A stretch of DNA of 64,000 nucleotides, taken from positions 1,866,039-1,930,038 of the forward strand of contig LSRY02000010.1 of the NCBI GenBank assembly GCA_001643675.2, in the 5' to 3' direction. The DNA is from Monocercomonoides exilis PA203. Taxonomy: Eukaryota; Protista; Preaxostyla. Below, one piece after another: positions 14,701 through 27,303 of this stretch. How positions within the stretch are numbered: the first letter of the stretch is position 1; each line of letters opens with the position of its first letter. The position numbers were made by a program, and so were the translations under genes. A model generated the notes under the pieces. It ran no database searches, was not told the origin of the DNA, and saw only the letters and a list, made by a program, of their open reading frames with translations.

Positions 14701-17700
14701 TTGAACACCAGAGTGAGTGGAGTGGAAATGGCAGGTGGAATTGGAGGAGGATGTTTGAATGTTGGGATGAAGGAAGGAGGAGATATAATTTTAGAAGAAA
14801 GCAATATATCCTCGACATGTTCAGGTGGAAGTGGAATGAAAGGGGGAGGGATGATGATATCAGTTGGAAGTGGAGGAACATTGAGAGTGAAAGGAGTGAA
14901 ATTATCAGGATGTGCTGTTCCATCAGAGGATATTGAGAATGGAGGGAGAGGAATGGGGGGAGGGATGTTTGCTGAACTTGCCGATCAAATGGGAAGGTTT
15001 TCATTAGAGAGCATGGCATTTTGTGAGTGTAACGCATGGAAAGGGAAGAATATGTTTGTTTCTGGATGGGATCTGAGTGAGATTGTGAACAAGGAGCACT
15101 TGAAATGGGAAATGATTTCAGAGGAGTTGGGATCATTGGATAAGTTATGTGGATGGGAGAGAAAGACAACAGGGGGAAATGGATATGTGATTCCGCTTGT
15201 TATGTATTTGTGGGATAATTGGGTGGGAATGGGTTTGTTTCGAAAGAGGCAGGAGGAGACTTCAGTGGATGTGGGTATTCAGAAGCACCATGCTCATCAG
15301 TTGATCATCTGATTTCACTGCGATATGCAACACTTGGGGAAGGTGACTCAAGCATCCACATTGTTGGGTCAGGATTGCTTCAAAAATCAATGTCTTTGCA
15401 ATCATCATCGTTATCAATAACTCATATTGTATCTGTCGAGGGGAGAGAGAAATGAACAGTTCTGAATGTGAGAGAAATGGATGATGAGGGTATTGGAGAG
15501 TCGATGATAACATCGAATGTTTCTCTTTCGTTCTTTAACCTGTCATTTTCTCTTCCAAATGAATTGGGGAAGCATTTATCATTTGTCCAATCATTATCCT
15601 CCTCTTCTGCAACACTTTCAATCAAGATGTGTTCTTTTGTTTGTGAGGATTCAACAAAGGAAATGAAGTATTGTTTGATGAAAGCGGATGGAGGAAGTGT
15701 TTTGATTGAGGATTGTTCTCTTTCTCAGTTCGTGCTGGCAAAAGGGTTTTTGGAGTTTGCTCCAGAAGTGGATGTGATTGATGTGGTGAATCTTACGATA
15801 TCGAGCACATCCATATCTGAAAAGAGTCTGATTTCACTGGGAGAGGAAGCACGTGTCAGCAGATGGAATAAGAATGAACTACGAAATCCAAAGACGATGA
15901 TGAGGATGAACAGCTCAATATTCACAAACGTCACATGCGAAGGGCAACCCATGCATTGTGAATATGGATTCGTTTTCAGTTGGTGTGGAATGTGCAATGG
16001 AAGGGTGTGTGCTGACGAAGTGCATGAGCGAGATGAGCGAGGAAGGTGGAGGAGTGAAGATGTGTCTAAAGAGTAGAGAATCAGATCTGAAAGTGAGTGG
16101 ATGCTCATTTGTGATGTGCATGTGTTTAACCGAAAATGGGAGAGGAGGAGGCATGATGATTGATGCACTTGACCCGAATGTTGAATACACTGATACAAAA
16201 ATATCACCACTTCGGCTGAGATTAGAAAACATCCTATTTGTGATGAATGAGGCATTTGTGGGGAAGGATGTGTTCATCAACTGTTATTCGATTGCCTCGC
16301 AAGTGAATGAAACGCTGTTTGTTCTGGATTTAAACCAGGATGCTTTGAAGTCGAACAACTCAATATGCGGGAGGGATGATGCCGATAATGTTGATGTTGA
16401 TCTTATTGCACTGATTACATTTTATTACTCTGCTCAGGTGTTTTTGAGCGCGAGTGGAAGTGACAGCAGACGGTGTGGAGCACAGAATAATCCATGTCAG
16501 AGCGTTTGCTGTGGTTTAAAACACGTTGAAAACAGTCTTTTAAAAGTGCTATGGATTGATGAAGAATGTTTGATTGGGGGAGAATGCGAGATTGGAGATC
16601 TGAGAATAACTTCAATTGCCAGGGAAGCAGCAACAATTCATTTCAATGCAAGGATTGAAGAAACATGAAGTAAAGAATGTGTAATTGCATTTGTGAATGA
16701 GTGTGTTGTGGAAAGATGCTCATTTGAGTTTGGAGGTGAGTTTGAGGCAAGTCACAAGTTCATTTTGAAAGTGAAAAATGGCTCAATGGAGATGCGAAGT
16801 TGCGAGTTTATTTCGTCTGCTGTTGAGCTGAAGTTGGGCAACACGATTGTGAGTGTGGAAAGTGGAGAATTGAAAATGTGGGAAATGGAATTCAGCTGTT
16901 TGCATCTGAGAGCACCATTGATTGTGTTGTGTGAAGATTCGAATGTGTTGATGCTTAAAACAAACATTTCAGAAATAATATGTGAAGGAGATGTGATTTG
17001 CATTGGGAGAAAGTCAGAGGTTGAGATGGTGATACTTGAAGGAGCAAATGTATCTGTTTGTTACGCTGGAAGTGTAGTGAAGATATATGGAGCTGAAAAT
17101 AGTGTCAGATTGCAAAACTGTTCTTTTGCTAAATGCAAGAATCCAAACAAGAGAGGGAAAATCATGGAGGCTTGCGAATGCGCGGATGTGAAGATTGGTT
17201 CAAACATATTTAAAGGAGAAGAAGGTGAGCAAGAAGGTGAGCTTTTGAATAAGATGAATGGAAGGGAAGAAGAGTTGTGCAGATGGAATGGATCTCTCAT
17301 GGATGTTGTGAAGAGTTCTGTGATGATGAAAGAAACAACAATCTGGAATTCACCAGAAGGTGGAATAACAATGAGTGGAGGAAATATCATAATTGTGAAA
17401 GGAGAGTTCATCAGCAACAATCCATCAATTGAGGGATATTCATCACTTCGAAGAAATATCATCTGTTCAGATTCTGGAACATTGAATTTGATATGTTTAA
17501 AAGGAGGAGATGGATTGAAGGATAATACGTCACTTTGGATGTTGAATGGTGGATGTGATTTGAGAGGGATAGCAGGAGAGGAGTCTCAGCATTCTTCATT
17601 CCAGTTCTGAAAGAAGTGAAGAATGCTTCTATTTCGAGCGAGAGCATGAGCATGACTCTGATTGAACAGCTGCTTCTTCCATGCGATTTGTTATTAAAAG

Positions 17701-18899
17701 TGTTTTTCAAAAGTGAGATTGATGAGCTGACTGAGAAACTAGAGATTGACGAAGATGAGTTTTTGAATGAGAATGAAATTCAGACAATTATTTCATCAGT
17801 ACAACTGGCAAATGCGGGAGAAGAGACAGAAATATCGATTTGCATTCTTTATGGGGAAAGTAATTCATTATCATCTACCGAGACTTTCATCATAAAAAGC
17901 AAAAATGAATCAAAATTAAAAATTGAATCTGCCGAGGAGGGAAAAAGAAAGTATGAGTGGTATTTTGTTGCATTCATTGTGTGTGCTGTTTTTATTGTCG
18001 GAATTGTACTTGTATTAGCTTTTATAACTTTTCTTTTCCGAAAAAAGCAAATTGAAACTGAAAAGAAAACTGAAAATTCAGATTCAGAGCATTTGAAAAT
18101 AATGGAAGAGATTGAAAATAGAAGTGAAGAGGATAATCGAACCTTTGCGACAAATGAAATACAATTTGATTTATTTGAATGAATGAAAAGTTGCAAATCT
18201 CCAATCGAGGAGGGAAATGAAGCATCCCAATCAATTAAGATAGATGAAAATGCAGTTGAAAGTTTAATGAGTGCTAACGAACTGAATAATACAAAGGCTA
18301 ATGAATTAACGGAATTGAATGTAATTTCTCCATTTACTGTGATGAATGAAGACTTTGAAAGATTCTCTGATGGGAATGCATTTGATGATGCAAAAAAGCA
18401 AAAAAACAAAAAGAAAGGGAAAAATGGAATTAGAAAAAGGAGGAAAAAATGCTCTTCTGATGGAATGAGAAATGATAAGTTTGATGAGACTGAAAATAAA
18501 TCCTTTTTTGCCAATAAAATTAATCAATCTTCGGAAAATTTTGTTGATTGCAATGATAACTTGCACAATGAACCATTGCCAATGTTTCATGAAACCACAT
18601 TAACTACGTCAAATCTTCAAAACAACACAAACGGAAATGAAAATAAGAAAAATGATACTTTTCCTTTTTCAGATAAAGATCTCGTTTTTTCCAATGAAAA
18701 AGAAAGTGTTGGAGCAATTATTATAGAATCGGCTGGAACTCTATTTAAGCATTCATCTTCCAGAAATTTTTTTGAAGAGAAAAAAGTTGAACATGACGAT
18801 TCGAAAGAATATTATGATCAAGAAGCTTATTTATCTGAAAAGTTAAATGTTGAATTTTTGCACAAAATGAAGAAAAAGAAGAAAAAGAAAAAAACATGA
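11712..18899 (+). pseudogene. Giant Cys/Gly-rich parallel beta-helix-like surface protein with C-terminal TM helix, broken by frameshifts and stops
   Basis: Consecutive ORFs (11712-13601, 13450-13713, 13723-15312, 15219-15455, 15468-16076, 15958-16668, 16693-17610, 17616-18182, 18183-18899) carry repeated F..C.A...GGG(I/L/M)Y motifs and G.D...CG....PC segments. TM helix WYFVAFIVCAVFIVGIVLVLAFITFLF is followed by RKK. The breaks lack intron-like AT-rich spacers. Confidence 0.8.
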
Positions 18900-20479
18900 G
18901 AACATCAAAAGAACTGAAGCATTTTAATTGATAATTGTAATTCAAGTCCGTATTATTTAGCTGAACGGTTGCAAGAATAGCTGAGATTTGCTTTTTCCCC
19001 ATTCGGTTTATTTTTATTTTTTATAATGCTTGCTTTTGAATTCTTTATATGTATTATGTTTTTTACAATTACTTATTCAAATCCAGATCAATAATTTTTA
19101 TGTATGTTTCAGAGTTAAAAGATTATTTTAGCTCAATTTTTATATTACACTTTTCTCGTTTTTTACAATTGAGTACTGTTATTACAAATATTTGTTTAAT
19201 AATTTTTCTAATGAAATCCTCTTTTCTTCATATTTATATTTTTATTTTTATTTTTATTTTTATTTTTATTTTTGACATTTCTTTAAAAAAAACATTTGGT
19301 GAACCAGTTGAAATGCATCAGTTCGAATAATCTCTTTAATGGTAATTAAAAATAACTTTTTATCAAACTTTATTATTATTACAAAGGAAGAAAAAGAGAC
19401 TCTGTTAGAATAGAAATCAAAGTTAATAGAAAATAATTTACTAAATTTCCAGTAATAATATTTGAAAAAATTCGTTTGCTATATGTGAGTGATTTTTCTT
19501 AAATAATATTAAAATTTTTTGAAAGCGAAACACAAAAATTAAAAATATTCATATATATATCTGAAAAATTTTTTTGTGCAAATGCATTCAATTCGAATTC
19601 TGGTTTTGTTAAAGAGTGATGGATGGTGTGATAAAATGAATTTTTTATTGTTTAATTGATGATTCTGTTTTTTATCTTTTTTCAATCCAGATAAAAATTC
19701 AACTTTCTCATTCAAAGAAAACTTTTTTTTCGGGCAAATGAACATTCATGTATTTTATTTTAAATATCCACTTTATTATGTCAAAACAGGAAAAAATTAC
19801 ATTGAGTTATTCATGACAACATGAAACTCAGACAGTAAATGACTGAATATGACGTGCTTATTACCAGTTTGGTTTAATAGTTTTTATCCTTCTCAACTTC
19901 TATTTGTCGAATATTATTATTTGCAACATTCAGAATTGAAAACTTTATACCTTTTTTTTTCATTTTATTTAATTATTATTTGAGATCTGTCTTTGTAATT
20001 CATATTCGTTATTCTTTTTTAAAAGTTGCAAATGTTTAATACAAAACATTTTCGTATTTGCTTATCTTGATCAAACTTCTGTTCCCTCTCGGAATCCACA
20101 CAAGATTGATCGAAATACAGTCACTCATCGTTCATGTTTATTGTTAAATGTTGTCAACAATAATTCTTGAATCATTATAGTTGTTTCGGTTAAACTGATT
20201 TTTCAATCTTTTCAATGGAAAAGCCTTTGGAATAATCATCTTTTATTTTATCTTTATTTGAAACAGTTTTTACAGGATTCATTCCGAAATAAGACCTCCA
20301 CTTCTTTTCATTTTTCTTGTCTCGAAACCCTTCAAAAACAAAAGTTTCATTAATTCGTTCCTTCTTCGACGCTTGCAAAATGAGAAAAGTCAAAATTCCT
20401 TCTAACGTGCGAATTGCATCGGCGCTCAACTGCACACCGAGCCTTGTCTGCCAGATTCGAACCTAATATATAAGGAAAA

Positions 20480-21627
20480 AGGTGATTGAGAAAAAAAACA
20501 TGTTGATGACTCGAAAGCAAGAAAAATGAGTCAAGGAAATACTGGAAAATTTGAGAGATAAAGGAAAGCAAATCACTACGAAAACGCTGAGAGTCGTTGT
20601 TGCAAAAGTTTGGCACAAAACGCCTTCTCACAATTTTCATTCTTCATTCATTAAAAGGCATAGCGAGGAATTGATGGTCGTCTCTTCAAGCGTGAGAGAC
20701 GAAAAAAGAATGAAAATATCGGAACAAAGCATAATCACTTGGAAAAATCATTTGGTTCAATATGTGTGTGGAAAATATTCATCCATGATCTTCTGTGCTG
20801 ATGAATCAGGTTATCATGCCTATGAAGACACAAGAAAGGTGAACCTAACAGTCGGAACAAATGAAAATCGTGTTATTGATCACATGCATGTTGACAGAGG
20901 ATAAAAAAGGTTATCATTGCTTCATTGTATTTCACTTGATGGAACATTTGTTCCTCCCTGTTTTCTGGTGCAAAAACCATTCAACATAAGATCTTTTCAG
21001 TCTCTTGGTTACCAAATCGGAATTCTTGGTTGTGTGGAAATTGAAAAATCGTATTATTTCACAAAGAAGATGTATGAAAACTGGATTGAGAAAGTTTTCA
21101 TTCCTCATGTCAACATAAAAAGCATGATTTTGCCAGATACACATGCACAAGCAGTGTTGATGCTTGATGGGTGCCGAATACACCTGTCGGACAACATATT
21201 GACTCGACCAGCCAAAGAAAATATATTGCTTTTGGTTTCACCTCCGAACACAACACACTTGTTGCAGTCTTTGGATATATTAATTTTCTCTCTCTGGAAG
21301 CTTCATATTCAACAGGTCAGGTTTGGTTCAACACACGACAGCGTAAAATAACTTTTTTGGGTTAGAATGAACGTAATATTACAAGTTTCTTCATCGATAA
21401 ACATTTTTTCTGCTTCTAATGAAAGTGGACTTGTTAATGATTTTCATAAAGCTCCTTCAACAGCTCAGATTTTCGAAGAAAGCTTCCAAAAAGTGAACGA
21501 AATTGTGAAATTGGACAATAAATCATTGCCGCTTTCATGTACAAGAAAAACAAGACAAACAAAGGGAGGGGAATGGGGAATAATGAACATCGACAGAATT
21601 TCAGTTTATTTTGGACTTCCGCAATAA
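20480..21627 (+). mobile_element. Decayed pogo/Tigger-like (CENP-B HTH + DDE_1) DNA transposase
   Basis: HTH-like MTRKQEK*VKEILENLRDKGKQITTKTLR. Catalytic motifs IFCADESG, VLMLDGCRIHL and PPNTTHLLQSLDILIF lie in one frame interrupted by in-frame stops (TAA at 20902 and 21349). No matching TIR pair found. Confidence 0.85.
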
Positions 21628-22403
21628 ACAACACTTGGCGAACAATTGATATGTGTAAGAGTTTTTTTCATTCATATTTCATGGAGCATTTCAAAAAAAA
21701 CATTATAAAATAAACAAAATATTCACCAAATCTTTGTTTTTCTTAATTTCAATAATACAAAAAGAATTAACAATTAACAAGAACAGTAAGTATCTGTAAC
21801 ATTTTCAAGTTGGAAATACCAATTCATTGAAGGAATGTGAGCGGGAACAGAAATTTGATCTGGAAATGAAAATTTGAAAATAAAACACTTACGACTTTTC
21901 AAAAACAATGACACGTATGGGGCTAAATATTTAGCTTCAGGCATTTTCATTAAAAACTTATTCACTTTTAATTGACTTTGAGAGAATAAAAAACATTATA
22001 AAAATGGGTTCATTTTTTGACATTCGTGAAATGTTGGAAATTTTGATGATTTGATTTCAACGATGCATGTTAACGGATATTAAAATTAAATTTATTCTGA
22101 AATCTGAAAAAGCGAAATTAAGTTATAAGTGAAACAATTTTTTCGTGCATTGTGCATAAAAAGCTTGTAAGTCCATATTTTCCCCCATTTCAAAATTAGA
22201 GATGGAAAGAAAAAGTTATTTATCATTTAAAGTTTTTTGAATTGTTAAATAAACCTTGAAAGTCTGTAATTTTTTTCCAATGCAATAAATTATCACTATG
22301 ATGAAGTCAAAAAAATGAATTGAAGTCGATGTCACTTCATTCTTTTGTTACAAGAGCCCACAGTTATTCGTTGAATTAATAACATACAGTTCGAATTTTC
22401 TGT

Positions 22404-22545
22404 TTAATAAAAAAATAAAAATAAAAATAAAAATAAAAATAAAAAATAAAAAAGGAAAAAGGAAAAAGGAAATAGGAAAAAGGAAAAAGGAAAAAGGAAA
22501 AAAGAAAAAAGTAAAAAGAAAAAGGAAAAAGGAAAAAGGAAAAAT
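22404..22545. repeat. Compound (AAAAAT)n/(AAAAGG)n low-complexity tract
   Basis: Direct reading. Confidence 0.8.
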
Positions 22546-23126
22546 CCTAAAGATTCGAAGGGATTTTGATAATGTTGTGTGAAACAAATTTCATCAAAAA
22601 ATTTTTTTCCCATTTTGAAATTAATCTCTAAAAAAAAATGCTTTGGCACGTAAAATTATTCTATTTGAATTTTGTTCCACACTCATTGATTTCAAATGTT
22701 TTTGTTTTTTAATTTTAAAATATTTTTCTATGTGAATGAAAGATTTATAATGATATGATTCGGAGATAGCTTGGGATGAAACGTTGATTTTTAATAAATG
22801 CAAGAATTATGCACCATTTTTTAAATGAAAACTGATTGAATTATTGCTTTCATCCATTACACCACCAAATATTTATGTTATTTTAATTTTTTTTAAAAAA
22901 CAATTTGCATTTATAGAATTCCTGAATAAAAATACAATTCAAAAAGAATACAATCTTGAATCAAATTAAAAACATTTTAATTCAATTTCAAAACTTTAAA
23001 AAGAGAATAAAAAAGCATCAAATTAAACAAACAATTGTTGTTCAAAAAAAGAAAAAAAAGATACCAGCCATGAATCATATGATATGATGTTCAAATTTTT
23101 AACATTTTCGGATTGGATTCATAGAA

Positions 23127-25652
23127 TCACATTGAAACTTGATCAGAAGATGAGGAAATGGCTGCAGAAGTTGTGATTGAAGTGGGTGACTGTGTAGCAA
23201 TTGTGATGTGCATTGCATTAATTTCTTTGACTGCAGTGTTACATTCATCATGCATCTTTGTGGTTGATGATTCTCTTTCTGCAATTGTTAGAGCTGAGTA
23301 AAGATAAAAAATATAGATTTGGTAATAATGCATTTCATCATAAAAAAGTGCAAAATTTGCATATCAACTGTCAATAAAGAAAATAAAAAATCAACAAACA
23401 ATGTTGCAATTCATATATTTGTCTATAATGAGCCTTCACTCTCTTTTCGAGAGTTTCCAACTGTAAAATAGGCTTATCTACTTTCGCTCTTTCCTTCATT
23501 TCATCCACTTCTGCCGAAACAGCTTCAGCAGTTTCTCTCATCCTCTCCATTCGGCGCGAGAGATGCTGCTCTTCGCGTGCCAACTCCTCTCCGCTGATCT
23601 TGAACTTTTCCCTCAGAGCATCCAAATTACTGTACAGCTTGATTTCTTCCTGCGCAGTCTTTGTGGATTGCGCGAGTGACTCTAGCTCATTTGTTAGTGT
23701 TTGCTCCATCGTCTTCATTTGCTCCAAATCTGCTTTCCTCTTTGCCAAATCTGTTATTTTGATTGGAAAAATGGTTTAATAGAATAAGTATTCAACAACG
23801 AAAATAGATACAGAAAATACAAAAATTTTCATTGAAATAAAAAACGAGGATTATCAACTCAAAACATTTTCTAAATTCTGAACATCAAACCTTGTTTCAG
23901 CTGTTCTCTTGTGTTGATTGCGCTTTCTGCCTGCCCCCGTTTGAATTCCAAATCGTCCTGTGTCTGTGCAACCTCGTCTGTTGTGAAGAGAGCATTGGAA
24001 TGCTTCAGTCCTTTCGAAATGTGCAGCAGCAGATTCACAATCGTCTCCTGGTGGGCAACTTTCTTGTCTTCTTCCTCTTTCCTTGCAGTGTTGAACGAGG
24101 CCATCCAGTCATCCACCTCGCGCTCTTTCTCCACAAGCTTCTGTAGATCCGATCGGAGTTTCTCTTCGTCCTCTTTCTTCATTTCGTCCATTCCAACCTT
24201 CAGCAGCTCCTTTCGCAGATCTGCCATTGCTTTTTCTTCCTGCTGAGTCAGTTCTTCATACTCCTTAGTCTTCACATTCCCTTCTCTCATTTTTCGCTTA
24301 ACGGTTTCTTTGTCGTCGCCTGGAAGGATCGCCAGTTCGAGCACCGATGGGTCGCTTTCTGATATTCCCCCACCCATTCCTAGTTCATCGTCTAACTCCT
24401 GCGACCGTCGCTGCAATCGCTCCAGTTTTTGTCGCAGTGCCATTCCACGCTTTCTCCGCGGGTCTGCCCCAACCTCATCCTCCATCTTCTTCAGACGCTG
24501 CATGGCTGAGTCGATTTGTGCCTGGAGGTCTGACTTCTCAAGCTCCAAACGCTCTTTTTCTTCGAGCATTGCATGATATCCCTCTTGCTCTTGAGGCGTC
24601 TGATAAAATAGAAAAATTTCATTACAAAATATTGAAAAAACCGATTAATTTGATTCCAAAATTAAAAAAAAATTACAAAATATAAATGATGATATTGATT
24701 TTTTGCAAAGAATTAATTAACATACGAGTTGGCTTACAATTTGTTCGAATTCTTCTTGCCTTCTTTCTATTTCATCTTCAGAACGTTTTATCTCATCCAA
24801 AACTCTGTTAAAACATCAATGAAAATCAAATATTTTCAAAAATTAACAGATTGCCATTTAAAAATTTAATTGATAATAATTATAAAATAGTTGTGTTATA
24901 CTCTTCTTTTCGAGTAAATATCTTGTCCACTTCATTTCTCATCCTTTCATTTTTGGATGCAAGAACAGATGTCTCTTCTTGTTTTTTGTTAAGCTCGTTC
25001 TTTAGTAAGTAAATTCATGAATTAAAGTTTGCTTTAGGAAATAATAAATATTCACAAAATTACAAACATCAACATCTTGCTCACTTAATCCACCTAAATA
25101 GACACGTTGTTCAGCAAGTTCATTAACTGCATTCATATCTTGTAAATCCTGATACAATTCTTTTATTTGTATTCCCTGATCTTGTAATCTTTTTCATAGT
25201 GACAAATTAAAACAAAACAAATAGATTTGATCGCAACACACTGTTTTCGAAGTTGTTGAAGTCTAATTCCATCATCTTGACGGGCAATCATATCGTCATT
25301 GAGTCTGTCAATTTCCTTCTGTATTTCATTCATTTTATTTCGTATTTGGACAGAGTAGATATTCTTTTCAGGAATAACTGCTCCTCCTCCAATTCCACCT
25401 TCATAGAAAATATCATTCCGAAAAGAATTGCAAATATTAATCAAAATTTAATTTTTTGTACGAATGAAAACCTCCAACTGTTGCACCAATTCCAGCGGCA
25501 GTTGTCAGACGTGCGCCTTGTCCGCGAATTCCACTTCCGGGGCGGCCTGGAATAACTCCACGTGTTCCCGTTCCAGGCCTTCCTCCACCCGTCGGTGGTC
25601 TTGCAAGGCCACTTCCAGCAAGTCGTTGTCCTGTTGGCGGTCTGTATGACAT
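23127..25652 (-). CDS. IFT74: Intraflagellar transport protein 74 (IFT-B core), multi-exon
   Basis: Basic N-terminus with RPPTG/RPGTG/RPGSG repeats, then YSVQIRNKMNEIQKEIDRL, long coiled coils, HQETIVNLLLHISK, DDLEFK and QLETLEKR, matching IFT74 organisation. Confidence 0.88.
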
Positions 25653-25767
25653 TTTGATTTTTTCACTGACTCTCCCATATCAATATGTTATTGATCAATT
25701 ATTTTTTTTTTTCAAAATCTTTGTTGGAATAACATTTTTTGAAATGATAAATACTCTAAAAAAACAA

Positions 25768-27218
25768 CTAAGGAATAACTTCAAGGCTGTATTGTTCAGC
25801 AGGATATGTAAACGGCTCTCTTTCTATTTTCCCAGATTTAAGAAGACCTTTCACAACTGGGAAAACTCTAATCAATTCATTTATCAGATGTCTAATTGTC
25901 AAATTGCACACAACACGATGATAGTTTCCGCCCCAATATTTAGTGTGATTGCAGTATGTGCATCGACCTCCACACAGATCAGCAATGTCGCACTCAGTGC
26001 AGGGCGGTGTAAACTTCAATTTCCCGCAAAGCGACGCACGTGGGTCAGCCACTTCTTTAAAGTCATCGCTCAGCATGTTCCACTTTTCCCCAACGCCACA
26101 AGGGCATCCGGCAATTTTCCCGTCTGTAGCGATAGAGAAGGCATTGTAGCCAATACCGCAGCGCAATGGACGAAGAGGACGGGGGTCAGGTCTTACCATT
26201 GTTTCAGGAGAAGAAGATGATGAAGGAGTTGCTGAGGAAGATGCACGTGCAGCTGCAGCAGCTAGCTTCTCTTTTTTCATTTCTTCTTTTGCTTTCTTGA
26301 CAGCTGGCAACAGATCTTCAATGTCGAATTCATCTTCTGTCTCTTCTTCTTCAATTTCTTCGGGACCTGTCCATATACGAGGCTCAATAACTTCACCCTT
26401 TTCATCCATTTCAAGCATTGACTCAGTGAGACTCAAAAATGGAACGATTCCCATCACTTTGCCTTCTGTTTCCATAACCCTGATCCATTCATTAACTAAT
26501 TTCGTAATACCTGGATTATAACTCTCACGAACCCATGTTTCAAATGTATCTCTCATTGGCGCATCAAAGCCTACGTTAAGTTGCCAATAAAAGTGTGTGA
26601 ACGGAATCGTCGGGTGATGCAAGAGATGCATCGCAGAAGCAAAAATATCATTTCCTTCCATTGCACAGCCACGAGCAACCAAATTGCGAATCCGTCCCTT
26701 TTCCAAAGCTGCTTTACACCCCGCGATGCATTTATCGTACGTTCCAGCCCCGCGATTTCTATCTACAGTCTCTTTATCACCGTCAATTGAAACGAGTATT
26801 GATGCAAATTGTTCAAGTTGAGCTCTTGATAATCTATCTAATAATGTTGCATTTGTTTGTAAAACAAAATTAGCATCAACTTGCTCTAACAATTGAGCCA
26901 CAAAAGGAAGATTTATCAAGGGTTCTCCTCCATAAAGAACAAGAGTCGGCTTTTCCTTGCTAACCTTAACGTCTTTTTCTAAAAAGGCTTGCAGTTCCTC
27001 GACTGTATAAGTTGGTTTTAATGGCATGCACATTTCCTCTGGATCATTTCCACAATCTTGAGAGTTTTTTATTGATAATTATTGGAATCAAAAAAGCATT
27101 ATAAAAATAAATGCATTACGATAAACAATCATGCAATAGGAATAGTCAATTTATAAATCAGCAACACACATGTACAATGCAGATTACACCCAGTAGTTGT
27201 GAAAATAAAATAAATCAT
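25768..27218 (-). CDS. Radical SAM/SPASM enzyme resembling the prokaryotic AF0577 (TIGR04084-like) family, 2 exons
   Basis: Exon 1 (27218-27170, MIYFIFTTTGCNLHCT) spliced over a GT-AG intron (27169-27057) to exon 2 restores CNLHCTYC. Also YGGEPL, LQTNATLL, VSIDG, SPASM cysteines CGIG..CP and CTECDIADLCGGRC, and a C-terminal EVIP. Confidence 0.9.
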
Positions 27219-27303
27219 GATTTTGTGGAATTAGAATTAAAACCTATGGGAGAATTAGTTCAAAGAGTTTTTCGTTCGATTTTTCACGATCATAACGAAA
27301 TAA

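Noticed and set aside
20480-21627. In-frame TAA as a sign of the TAR=Gln code used by some oxymonads
   Set aside because: Conserved genes here end in TAA/TAG (RPLP2, VPS4), and the element also has an in-frame TGA, so ordinary decay explains it.
25653-25767. Short precursor-peptide gene for the radical SAM/SPASM enzyme
   Set aside because: Both flanking spacers (115 and 85 bp) lack a credible small ORF.
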